A stretch of 64,000 bases of DNA from Takakia lepidozioides (Eukaryota; Plantae; Bryophyta): assembly GCA_030704615.1 (NCBI GenBank), contig CM060734.1:41850001-41914000 (forward strand). Reading direction: 5' to 3'. The position numbers and the translations under genes were made by a program. The stretch's first letter is position 1. Every line of letters starts with the position of its first letter. This document shows positions 11,150 through 23,100 of the stretch, one piece after another. The notes under the pieces are model-generated. The model worked only from the letters and a program-made list of their open reading frames with translations. It did no database searches and had not been told where the DNA came from.

Positions 11150-14100
11150 ATGGAGGACGAAAGGGGGGACACAGAACTGGAAGAAACCAAGCTGCATGCG
11201 GGGGCGAGCGAGCTAGAGAGCGCTATTGTCAGGCTCCTGCAAGCGCACGACCCGCAGGCCAACGAATGGATCACTCAATTCGCGTCTCTGCCTTATGCAT
11301 GGAGTGTGTCTCTGTACCTCGCATTTCCGCCTCCCGGATCCACCCTTGGGACATCTCCAGACGTCCGATTCTTTGCTCTAAACCTTCTGCTCTCGAAGAT
11401 GAGGTCGGACTGGTCGCAAGTTGCCGGCGCAGACGCGCAGGAGATTTACGAAGTTTTGATGAGGCAATTGCCTCTCAATTTAGGGGATCGCATGGTGGGA
11501 GCACGGCTGTGTGTGGTGCTGAGTAGTGCGGCTGCGCTTGCAGGAGCAGATGCTTGCTATGAGGTGAGATTCTTTGGTAGGATTTCGGAGGTGGTTTGCA
11601 TGTAAGCTTTATTAAATTCTATATAGTTCCTACTGCCAAGAACATTGGGCTTCCCACAATGTAGTATCACGATCAAGGTCTCACTTTTAAGCAATCTTGA
11701 CTCGATACTGTCACAAGCTTCTCTGCTGTCTGCAAGACACATGCCCTTTGACCTTCTGCTACAGGCAAGAAGGCAAAAGGAGCATCAACCTGATGCTTTT
11801 TAGTATGAAGTGACTTTCAGCTCGAATCCAGAATTAATTACCAATAATCCCATGGTCATTGCCTGCATGCTATGTCGGTATAGGGCTGACTCTTGGCTGA
11901 AACTGTACCACCATTCCCTCAAGGATAGGGATAACTTCTGAATGTAGTGTATGCGGGTAAACAGCAATGTGACTGTCTTTTGGAACAATTGGTGAGATCA
12001 AATAAATGATTCCTCTGAATTCTGTTGGGTTTGGCTCCCTTGGTGCTGTGTCAATGAAAGATATCTGATGCAATGCCGCTCAAGCAATAAAGGGGTAAAA
12101 GTTTGTACAGTTGATGAGATGAAGGCAATTCAAAAATTCTGGAGTACTTTGAGTTAGGCAACCAGGTGGTGGGTATGACTATACTGTCAAACAAAGGACA
12201 TTTTGGGCAGACATGGTTCTGGCCTTTAAGTAGAGAATGTACCCTTGAGATGTTGTTCTCTGTAGCCTTGTGGCCATAGTCCCCGTGCCCAGTTTACAAG
12301 AGGGAATAGACACTAATGTTGTGAGGGGCTCAATCAAGTAGTGGGACTTACCTCGGTATAAACGATTGGTTTGGGCTTTCCAGATTTCCTCTAGAAAGCC
12401 ATTTGTACAAGCATCACTCTGCTGTGCAGCAATTAGACCCTTCCTACACATTTCTTGATGTTGAGTTTTCCTCCAGTTGTAACTGGGATGTGCATATTCA
12501 AAAAGTGGTTCAAACAGCTAAACACAAAGCTTTGGGTCAGCATTAACGGGTCAGCTTCTTTGCATGCAGGCTTTGATAGCCCTGTATAAAGTTTGAGGAT
12601 TGGCATGCCATTGAGCATGCCATATGCTTTGTTCACAGCTTGATCAGTCATTGCACGCAAAGTAGAGCATACACACTGAAGACCACAGACATCACAGAGA
12701 GCTCATTTCATTTTTAGCCATCAGGGCAGTAGTTCTTGAGGTGCTACATTGTAGTGGCCAAGAAACATTGCTGGGGTTTCTGAGAGTCTTTCATCCTATA
12801 AAGGTGTTCTGGTAGGTGTTGAAGCCTCATACACTAGTTTGTTTTTGGTTTGCTTCCAAGGCACCTCAGCAAATATGCCCCCAGTGACTGGGTCCAGGGT
12901 TTAAGGTTTAGGGTCTGGGGTATTGTTGGTTCATAACAAAATATTTACCAAGTGTCAAGGCTTACTTCTAGATCAGAAATGCCTGGCAGCTTACCTGCAC
13001 GAGGACTCACCCTTAGACAATCACTTGAACAATAGTTTTTATCTCTGGCTCTGGTTTTTGTTTCCTCTCTCATGTTTTCTTCCATTTTGTCCCATAAGCT
13101 CTATGAGCTTCCCGCGGACGTTATAAAGCACCATTTCATTTCATTTCATTTCATTTCATTTCTAATGAAGTGTGGTCTCGTACTGTTCCGGAATTTAGGA
13201 TGCAGGTGATATTTTGGTGTTGTATTGGATGATTTTCCTTGAATGGATTCAGCCTTACATGAGATTAAATATATTCAGCCTTACATCTTGCAGTTGGTGG
13301 AGAGCATTGTTGGGGGTGAATATACAGGGCCAACTGTTGATGGTCCTCTGGCAGTGGAGTTGCTTATTAGCTTGGCTGAAGAGACTCTGCTTCGATCCCG
13401 TGCTCTTCCTTGGCAGGTGATACCAAACCCTTTGCTTTGGCCAGAGGCGTCATAGAACATGTATATTACTGCCTTCATTGTGAAGGAATATGTTTGCTCT
13501 CCAGAGCAGAGGAAAGCCCAGGGCCCTGGGTAGGGGGTGAGGTAAGAGGACACTGCCTCTGGGTTGGAGAGGTGATGTGACCCTTTTCTAGTGTTGTGAA
13601 GGTAACCTAAATTACGGTTCTCGAATTGAGGACTTTCTTTGTCAACCCTTGACTACATACAATGTCCTGCATGTCCACCTTCCAAACGGAAGGCAGTAGC
13701 CCTTTGGGGTGAAGTGAGACCATAAGTTACGCTTGCTTTGACAAGAGTCTTCCTCCTTGTCCTGCATTAGAGAGGGAGGCTTATCTTTTCTGTAATGGCT
13801 TTCCAGCATCTCCCCAGCAAAAGTCTTTCTGCTATGAAGTTTCGGCAACCTAAGCAAAGCGCTCGTTCTTAGACAATGCGTGAGTTGCTTAAGTAGGCTA
13901 GTCACATCGTTTCTATAGAGATATATGAAATGAAATGAAATGGTACTTTATAATGTCCGCAGAAAGCTCAAAGAGCTTGTGACAAAATGGAAAAAAACAT
14001 GAGAGAGGAAACAAAACCAGAGCAAAGAAAAACAGCCCAAAAGCAACTTATAGAGAGTTAGAAAGATACACAACTCCTGCCGAAGCTTGCATATATCACT

Positions 14101-17100
14101 TGTATACTGAAAGTCAGGGTGTGTTGTTATGCATGGAGCAGGTGGGGGAGTGTATGCAGGACTGCAGTTCCCAAGTTCTTGCCTACTTGCAGTCCATGGT
14201 CACCTCCCCTCTGCCAGAAGAGGTTGTTGCAAGAGCTTTTGTTTGCCTTGAACGATGGTAATGTCTTTACTTTCAATCTTTTAAATAATCTTTATGGTCA
14301 GTAGCTTGTTCTTTACCTTGCAAACTATTGAACCCCTACAGGCAAAAGATGCTCTTTGTCCTTCAAGATAGTTCGAGGAACACAGTGTGTACCTAGAGAA
14401 AGATTCATATTCTGTGCTTGGTAGCTTGACAATGGCATGTGTGTATGGAGAAGAGCAGAAACATTCTGTTTTGCAACATAACTGTTCTTGCAGTGGAAAC
14501 AATGAATTCTGATTGCTGATCTCTCAAGAACAACAAGGTTAATCAGGCCTTGCCGAAGAATTTGACACTGTTTGGAGTCAATGAATATAGCATCTTGTGA
14601 CAAGCTCAAGTCTTCCATGCACTCGGAACGACTTTGACTATCTTGTTCCTGTGGACGTAGGATACAAGCCGGGGTCACACTATCGGAGCTCTATTCATTA
14701 TATGCACCACTCTTGAAGACTCTGCTGGACGCTCTTGGATCTAAGAATGACACATGCTTCGATACAGCTGTTACCACTTTGTCTGAGTTAATCTCTGCTG
14801 TCGATCTTCTACCTGGCAGGGAACCTGCTGTGCAGGCCACTATATCTGGTAAATATTACTTTAGTGTTGGTGCTTTTGCAGCAGAGCTGGGGGGCAGGGA
14901 AGGGAGAGGAAGAAAAAAAGATTTTTTTTGCATCCTGGGCCCAGATGGACATGTGCTTATCTACATTTTGTATCAAGGACACATGAGGATGAAGTCCCAC
15001 TTATTGTCCCAATGCCAGTTGTGAGGTTTTTACCAGGTTCAAATGTTGAAATTGTTTTGCGTATGCCTATCAACAATAATTACAGGGACGAAAGCAATGC
15101 AGAACCACTAATAGAGTCCCCTATATGAAGACCTGTGACACTAGTTGTGGTCTCAGTGCTAGTGTACAACTTCCGCAGACTACAAGCACGTGACTGTTTG
15201 CCAGTTGCTGTAGGGATCAGAGAAGAAGAAAGAACGAAAAAAGAAGATGAAATGAAATGGTGCTTTATAACGTCCACGGAAAGCTCATAGAGCTTATGGG
15301 ACAAAATGGAAAGAAAAACATGAGAGAGAAAACAGGAAACCAGAGATACAGATAAGAACTATTGTTCGAGTGATTGTCTAAGGGTGAATGCCTCGTGCAG
15401 GTAAGCTGCCAAGCATTATAGATCTTCATAGTGAAAGACTTCAGTGATTGGGTTCCACGGAATAGACAATGGAATCTCCCACGGATCTCATAGTATAGAG
15501 GGCAGTAGAAGAAGTGTTCTTCAGTTTCAATTTCCTGGTTGCACCCTGTGAAAGAAACAAATTGCACCAGTGGTAGCCCCAGAGGGCCCATGGGCCACAG
15601 TTGAGCCAAACAATAGAGATATTGTACTCATAAGACTTTGTTTGCCGTAGCCTTGTGGCCATTGACCCCGCGCCCAGTTTGAGTGGGAACAAAAGGGACA
15701 GAACCTACCTCTGTCAGGGGCTGACGTTGGTAGTAAGACTTACCTCCATATAAAGAATTAATCCGGGTTTTCCAGATATCCTCTAGAAATCCCTTCACAC
15801 AAGCATCAATCTGCTGTGTGTGATTTGCCCAAAAACTAGGCCTCAGGAGGGCCTGGGCTTTTGGCTCAGCCTCGAGACTTTCAAAGTTGGTAAACAGGGG
15901 TACAGGCACAATTCCCTTAATAGATTTGAAGAGAGCGTCTCTTTGGTGAGAGAACCCCGGACAGTGTATCAGAAAATGAATACTGTCTTCAGATTGCCCA
16001 CACAACTGGCAATCGCACTCTCCCTTTCCTCTCTGCTTCTGTTTGCTGTTCAAAGGTAGGCTTCCTGCCCTGAGTTTAAATTTCAGTCTAGTGCCGAGAG
16101 TGGGTAGACCCTTGAGGTCATCCAAGATGTCCTCCCCCATGTCACAGACTGGAAACAAGTTCAGGGAAGTTTTCTGCCTAACTTCATTTTCATCAGACAA
16201 TCTCATGGCAACAGACATGGTTGAGGACACTACAGCCTCTAAGTCAGATTTATCCAGCAGGGTCAAGACTTGCGGATCCAGGTCCAGGTCCTTGAGGATC
16301 TCTTCTACTCTCTTCTGCCAGGACTTAGCCTGTTTGACAGGGCGGTCCTGTTTCCAAGATATAGAGTCGATTAACTTAGGATATCTGGTGTTGGGCATAT
16401 GTTGCAGCTGACCCCACCATCTGACCTTGAATTCATCTCGTCGGGAGCTTAAGGACGGAATGCCAAACTCACCCCGAACAGCCACATTGGCTGTTTTGGA
16501 GCATGCTGACATACACTCCTTAAGCACCCCCACTTGAATGGATTCTAGAGACTTAGCCTGGTTGGAGTTATCAACCCATATAGCAGATCCGTACTCCAAG
16601 GCAGGTCTAATAACGCGACAAAGCATGGTTTTCTTAACCTCAGAGTTGACCCCTCTGCAGTGGAAAAATTTAGTGAGCCCCAGAGCTTTGCCCTTGCCAG
16701 TTTGAACAACTTTCCGGATATGTGCATCCCAATTACAATTGGAGGAGAACTCAACGCCCAGGTAAGTGTAGGAAGGGAGGACCGGGATCTCTTGGCTACC
16801 CCACTGCCACTTAAGATCACTTCCTCCCTCTCCTCTGTTGTTGAATGCTACCACTGCACATTTGCTGACATTAGCCTCTAGCCCCCAAAGATCAAAGTAT
16901 CTCTTCGCGCAATCAATCAACTCCTGGAGATTGGTTGGAGTCTCCCCTATGCCTGCGAAGTCATCCGCAAACATAAGGGCTGGTATGGTGGTATCACCCA
17001 CCCTTAACCCAAATCCCTCACTTTCCACATCCTCGAGGAGTTGATTGATGAAAACATTGAAGAGCAGAGTACATCCTTGAGCTACACCTTGGTCTATTTC

Positions 17101-20100
17101 AAAGAAGTTGGACTTCTGTCCGTTAACAGTGACACAGCTTTTGGTGTGAGCATACAAGTTGTGGACAACTCTCCACATCTTTCCCTTGATCCCACAAGAC
17201 CAGAGGCGGAACCATAGGCCATCTCTCCACACTGTGTCATAAGCCTTTTTGACATCCAGGAAAAAGACATAAGTGGGTTTCCCTTCTTTTTTCCTTCCCT
17301 GGATAATCTGGCTTAGAGTGAAGATATGATCCACACAGCCCCTGTTTCGCCGAAAGCCAGCTTGGCCTTCGTGGAAACAACCTCTAGACTCCAGATGAAC
17401 CTCGAGACGAGTACTTATAACTCTGCAGAATGTCTTGCCAACAGCATTGAGGAGCGTGATGCCACGGTAGTTCCCCGGTTCTTCTCTGTCACCCTTCTTG
17501 TATAGATTGACAATGACCCCCTGTCGCCAGCGAAAGGGGATCATTTCAGTCTTCCAGATAAGGTTAAAGAGGAGAACTAGGGCCTCTATCATGGGATTGC
17601 CACCGTGCTTGATAAGCTCGTTGACAATACCATCAGGTCCACCAGCTTTATATCCATTTAAATGTTCAATTTCTTCTACAATCTCAGAAGAACCAATGGG
17701 AGCATTATAAGCCATTGAAATATACTCCAGTTCATCAGGGCTGTTTTGAATCATAGGAACAGTTTTTCCAACTGTGTCCCATTCAGCAGAAGACCCCTCA
17801 CTGTTAGACCTAGAAGTTCTGCCAAGGATACTGTAGTGAGTTTCAAAGGTTTTGACAATGTCAACCGATGAAGTCACCACTGCACCTTTAGTAGTCTTCA
17901 GCGCTTGTACTTGCTGACCGTTTTTCGGCTTGTACAAACGTTGAAGGGCCAACCAGAATTTCTTTTCATTACCACCATGGTGGTTTGAGTTTATTTCACT
18001 GTATAACTTGTCCCAGTATAATTTCTTCTGAGACCTAACAAGCTGATTGATATCTTTACGGAGCTGGTAGTACCTCGCCCACAATTCTCTGTTGGTTTCC
18101 AAATTGCAGCACTCTTTATAGAGGGCTCGTCTCTCAGCTATCTTGAGTTTAATCTCAGTAGTCCACCAATTAACTGCTCTACCGCAGACAATTAGTTTCC
18201 TCCCAATGATCTTGTCAGCCACGGAGGAAACGAAACTCTCCCAAGAGTCCACTGCTCTTTCGACTTCATTTCTTGCGTTAACAGAGCGTGACTGAAGTTC
18301 TTGGAGCGAAGACAAAATGAGGGAGAGCCTCTTGCAAGGCCTGGACGTACTCAGCCTTGACCTCCTCATTGTGGAATTTTTCTATGCGCCACTTCCGAAT
18401 TGAACGTTTCACAGATCTCTTGGTGGTGGGAAAACACCTTTTGATCTCAGTCCAAACCAGGAAGTGGTCAGAGGTACCAATATCAGTTCTGTCGATCAAC
18501 ACATTGGCACACTGGGGGAACAAAATTTTGTCCATTATGATATAGTCCACAATGGAACGTTCCCCAGTTTGGGATTTCTCACGAGTCCACTGCACTTGGT
18601 CACCACTTGTCCTGTTATTCAAGGTCAAAAGCTGAAGCTCTTCTAGACAGTTAATTAACCGTCTGCCATTAGAATTCAGCTCGTCCTCACCAAAAGGTCC
18701 AATGATATCGTCCTGATGGATCCCTTTGCCCACCCGGGCATTGAAGTCCCCCAATAGTACCACCTGACCTTTGGCAAGGAACGAAGCACAGTCCAGCTTT
18801 ACATCTTCGAAGGCCTTGTCTGCGTCAGCACTAAGGGTCCCCTCTGTGGGCATGTAAACACAACCAACAAAGAGGTCCTTTGTACTCATGCCGCCCTTCA
18901 AATTCAGTTTTAGCCAGATACTATGCTCGTACCTCAAACCCTTGTCGATAATTTCACAATTGTCAAACAAGAAATCACGGACAAAGAATCCGACCCCTTT
19001 TTGACCGCATTTGGCAGAGGCTGCCTTGAGAGTACACATCTTACCTGCCCATTTATAACCAATGACATCTCCAACCAGTTTATCCGACGTTTCCCATGTT
19101 TCTTGCCCAGCACAGATATGAATATCATTAGTCCGAAGAACTTGTCCCACTTCAAGTTGTTTCCTTTGGTTGGTCAACCCTGAGAAGTTGAAAGTGGCCA
19201 GCCGCAATCCAGCCCTTTGCGTGTGAATTGTTTGTCGTCTAGGTAGCTTGTGATTGCTCCTGGATGGCCAACCGTTCTGCAAAGGGGGGACAGTTACCCC
19301 ATGTGTAGATTTTGCTCGTCTTGTGTAAACTTTGAGAATTGGTAAACCATTCAGGGTACCAAATCTTTCAGTTACACGACACACAGGCTCCGCACACATA
19401 GGGGCAGATTGTCCGTCAGACTGCTTGGGGACAATTACCCCGTGTATAGATTTTGCTCGTCTTGTGTAGACTTTGAGGATTGGTAAACCATTTAGAGTAC
19501 CAAATCCTTCAGTTACACGACGTTCAGGCTCTGCACACTTAGGACAGATTGTCCATCTGACGGCTTGGGGACAATTACCCCGTGTATAGAATTTGTTCGT
19601 CTTGTGTAAACCTTGAGGATTGGTAAACCATTCAGAGTACCAAATCCTTCAGATTCAGGACGTTCAGGTTCCGTACAGTTAGGGGCATCTTGTCTTTCTG
19701 GCTGTTTGGATTCAACCTCATCCAGAGCATCAAACCGATTAGAAACTCTCCAGTTGAAGTTGTTGCCCTTGGTTGTCTTCCTAGAGCGCCCCATTGAATC
19801 ACCAATGTCTAAGACCGCTCTCCAGCCAGTCAAGGGACGAACTTCTTTGAGATTGAATTGATGCGGGACTCTATTAGAAGCACTTTTGGTCATTGCAACC
19901 TTCAACGTACCCCTGTTATCAAGTCTCGAGATGGTACCATTAGCTATGAAATCCAAGCCTAAGCTAGAGCATGTAGTTTTAAAGGACACATCGTCCATCC
20001 TGGGATTCACCCCAAAAACTACACATGAAGCCCTAGATTTGGCATAAGTAACCAATTCCCAGGGATCACCCTGAGGAGTGTTGATGTTGATAGGAGCTAA

Positions 20101-23100
20101 ATTTTTGATTGTTTTCGCAGGCCATAAGTTTAAGCACAGGAACCAACCCGAGCCCAAGTGCCAAGTATGCTAGACAGAGCATACGACTGCCCAATTTGGG
20201 CGGAGGGGCTGCCCCCAAGCGGTAGGAGTCCGCTTGTTACCATTCAGAGATCACACTCCAGGGAGTTGCAGGGAATGGCCCGTGTAGGCATATTTTAAAG
20301 AGGGAAAGGCCCCAAGCTTTCCAACTAAATCCAATGCACTACCTTACCTGAAGCAAAGCGCTTCAGGTCGAAACAAACAAGGACACGAGGTCACAAGGCC
20401 GGCATTTAGTCACAGAGACATTAATGTACTCCCGTTTCAAGTCCACCCAATGTCAATAGGCTTCCTAGAGGACAGGGAGTTGTAGAGTAGCCCTGTCTGT
20501 GTTAAATAGAAGTGTAAGAAGAAAAAGGAAGACAAAAATTTATGACATCGTGGAAGGTCCAATGGGTCGGAGGGACACAAGTAGAACCACAGAAGAGAGA
20601 GCCATTGCCAATGCGACAAGTTTTCTTCTAATAAAAGGCACCCATCAAGTTTTCTGATTCGTAGATCTGTGGACTCGTATGGTGGCTGGGTGCTTTGTCT
20701 CTGCCCTTAAGTTTGCAGCAATTGTTGCACAGAAAGGTCATTATGTCACTGCAGCCTTGGAGCTTTCAGAATCCACCAGAAAACGTGCTGGAGGACTGTT
20801 GAGTCTGGTTAGTGCACTGGGGTCAGCAGAACCATATCTCCTTGCAAGAGGAGGCAATGATGCAGCAACTGTCTTGGATTGGCTGGTCGACGGTCTGGGA
20901 GGTGGAGGAGGCCTTGGTCTTGAAGGTGCAGCTATGGCTGTTGAAGCCTGGCCTCGCCTAGCAGCTGTTCCTAGGCCCAAGCGTGTGGAGGTTTTGCAAG
21001 GCCCCTTTTTTGCGGCTGCTGCCCAGGTGAGTGGTTTGGTGAATGCTCCAATATCTCACTAGATCCATTATTGACTGTCTCATGAAAAATCCAGTGGTGT
21101 TGCTTGCTCTGATGCTATGGAGGTCTTCTGTGCTGTAATGTCTGAATGATGTTGGCAGAAATTTTGAACATGGAATTGGACTTCTTTGGAAAGTCAGTCA
21201 CTCATAAATCCTTATGACAAGGGGCAGGCAATCATGCGAGTGGCCATGTATCCAGCGCACTTTTACACGTGGGACCAGTCAGTGGTGGAAGAGGATGACT
21301 TTTACAGGTCAGTCATGTAGGACAAATTTTGAAAAAAGAAGTCATCGAAGAGACATTGTGAAGGATAGAATGATTGGAAGGGGTTTTGGAGTTGGTCTGA
21401 TGGTTTTAGTGGTCCCTACTTATTGTGTTTCAGGAATTCTGTGAATCTCCATGCGTGTACTGTTTCATGAGCCGTTTGGGCTTTTCGGTGATGTTAGGAG
21501 CTCATTTGTTTTTTGTTTTTTTTTCCATCTCATAGTAACAAACTGCAGGAGTTGTCAGTAATGCCAAACACTGGGCTGCATGCACTCACAAATTACGATT
21601 GAGGTTTGACAAGTGTGCGTCTCTTTCTTCCCTCATTCTCAGGAGGGTGTGAGCCAGACTGATAGGAATGGGGGGAGAGACTTGCAGATTTCGAGAGGGG
21701 CCTGCCAAGGAGGCACTGTGTGTGTGCTTTAAAGAGCTGGGTGATGCCCTTCTGTCCCACATTGTGAACTGCTTGCACCAAGCTGCCACCTGGCAGCATG
21801 CAGAGGTCTGTCTCTTTGTTGCAGCCTCCTTGAGCAAGGAGGTTTTAGCAACCATCGGCATATCTTCGCAGTCAGGGACAAGGGTGGCTATCGAAGGGGA
21901 TGAGACAGCTGCTAAGTCATTTCTCTTGGCTATCATTGGGCAGTTGCCTGGTAGCTCTCCAGTTATTCAGAAAGGTACCACTTCAAAGCTGTTAATAAGT
22001 GTTATGATCTAGTAGTTTTGAGGCATCAACAGTATACTGACAAAAGTATTGTAAGTTTGGTCAAATTCCCTTCCAGTAATATCCTCATACACATCAGTGA
22101 AGAAAAGGTTGCGAGTGTGGTTTTAACCTAACTCATGGCGGTGTAGGGACTATGCAATATCTGAAAATTTTGGGTCCTTACCATTGAGACTCTAGGGATA
22201 TCAGAATTGGTGATTGTTGGAAATAGCAATCCTTCTGTCAATATCTATCGTGCAATTGTTGAAGTCTGGTCGTGATGTAGCATTTCTTGAGAACCATCCT
22301 CTGTCTTTGGCTGGGTAGATCAGTCAATGTAATCTATGAATTTGACACCTATTGGACAATACCAAAGCCACTGACCTATCTGCTCGAAACGTTCTCCATA
22401 ACTACCTTTTGCTTTCTTAGTTTGTGTGTCTTTGTCCCACGAGAGTTGTAGGCAATCAACCTGAGTATTTGAGCCCAGGACCATCTGTGCCTACCCTGGC
22501 TATCAAATTTCCATGAAACAATAGTTACTTGTGGTGTGAGATGCTTGTGTAGTTTCCTCCAATCTTCTATTGATCATTTCTGCTACTTTGATGTCTGGTA
22601 GTTCACAAGGAGCTTGACCCAAGCCAATAAGAGCCTACTCCAGGTAACTAAAGCCCCCTTGAAATATAGGCGGCGGCTTTATTCTACCCTGTCCTTCAGG
22701 CACACGTTTGAAATATTTCCACAGAACTCAGTGCATGTGGCATTTATGTGATGAGTCTAATTCACTAATTCCAACTCAAGCCAAGCAGAATGGCTTCCTG
22801 GTTGATAGGAAGTGTAGACTGCCAATGGGCCAAGGGAGATGGATATCTTAAGAGAGACCTCCCTATTGGATTTTGTTGCAGATAAGAGCAATTGGCCGCA
22901 TGCAAGGCTAGTGGAGATGGCTGCGAGAGCCTTGGAGAGGTATGCAGATTGGGCTGCAACGGAGACAAGTTCACTGGAGACCTGTGTAAGCTACACTGTG
23001 GGGGCCCTGTATATTCCTGATGGTAGGACCACACTCCTTTTTTCCATGTATGTCTCTTTTATGTTTCTTTAAATTTCACCTCTCTGCAAGCAAAAGGAGG

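Larger units (their letters stand above)
15621..20411 (-). mobile_element. Near full-length non-LTR retrotransposon (LINE family A; APE endonuclease + RT + CCHC; RTE-X-like, clade uncertain) in importin intron 4, antisense
   Basis: APE motifs (ATFN, GQET, GCVYMP, LGDFNARVG, VDYI, SDH); RT motifs (YRGITLL, QAGFR, FLDVKKAYD, GVAQG, FADD, YLG); CQLC..E...HFLIHC. Degenerate TSD atagagatattgtactc (15613-15629) / acagagacattaatgtactc (20412-20431). Confidence 0.95.

Noticed and set aside
12896-12914. Telomere-like AGGGTTTAAGGTTTAGGGT
   Set aside because: Under three degenerate units; too short to call interstitial telomere.
15659-15670. CGGGGTCAATGG (minus) resembles the plant U1 snRNA 5' region as recalled
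   Set aside because: Only ~12 nt, not invariant among copies, and no ACTTACC, stem-loop I or Sm site.
18278-18369. Programmed frameshift or true ORF1/ORF2 overlap between APE and RT ORFs
   Set aside because: APE and RT are normally one ORF; the element has another frameshift and an RT motif deletion, so simple decay is more parsimonious.
20397-20405. GGCCGGCAT matches the start of the HDV genomic ribozyme
   Set aside because: It is antisense to the LINE and no P2/P3/L3/P4 elements follow.
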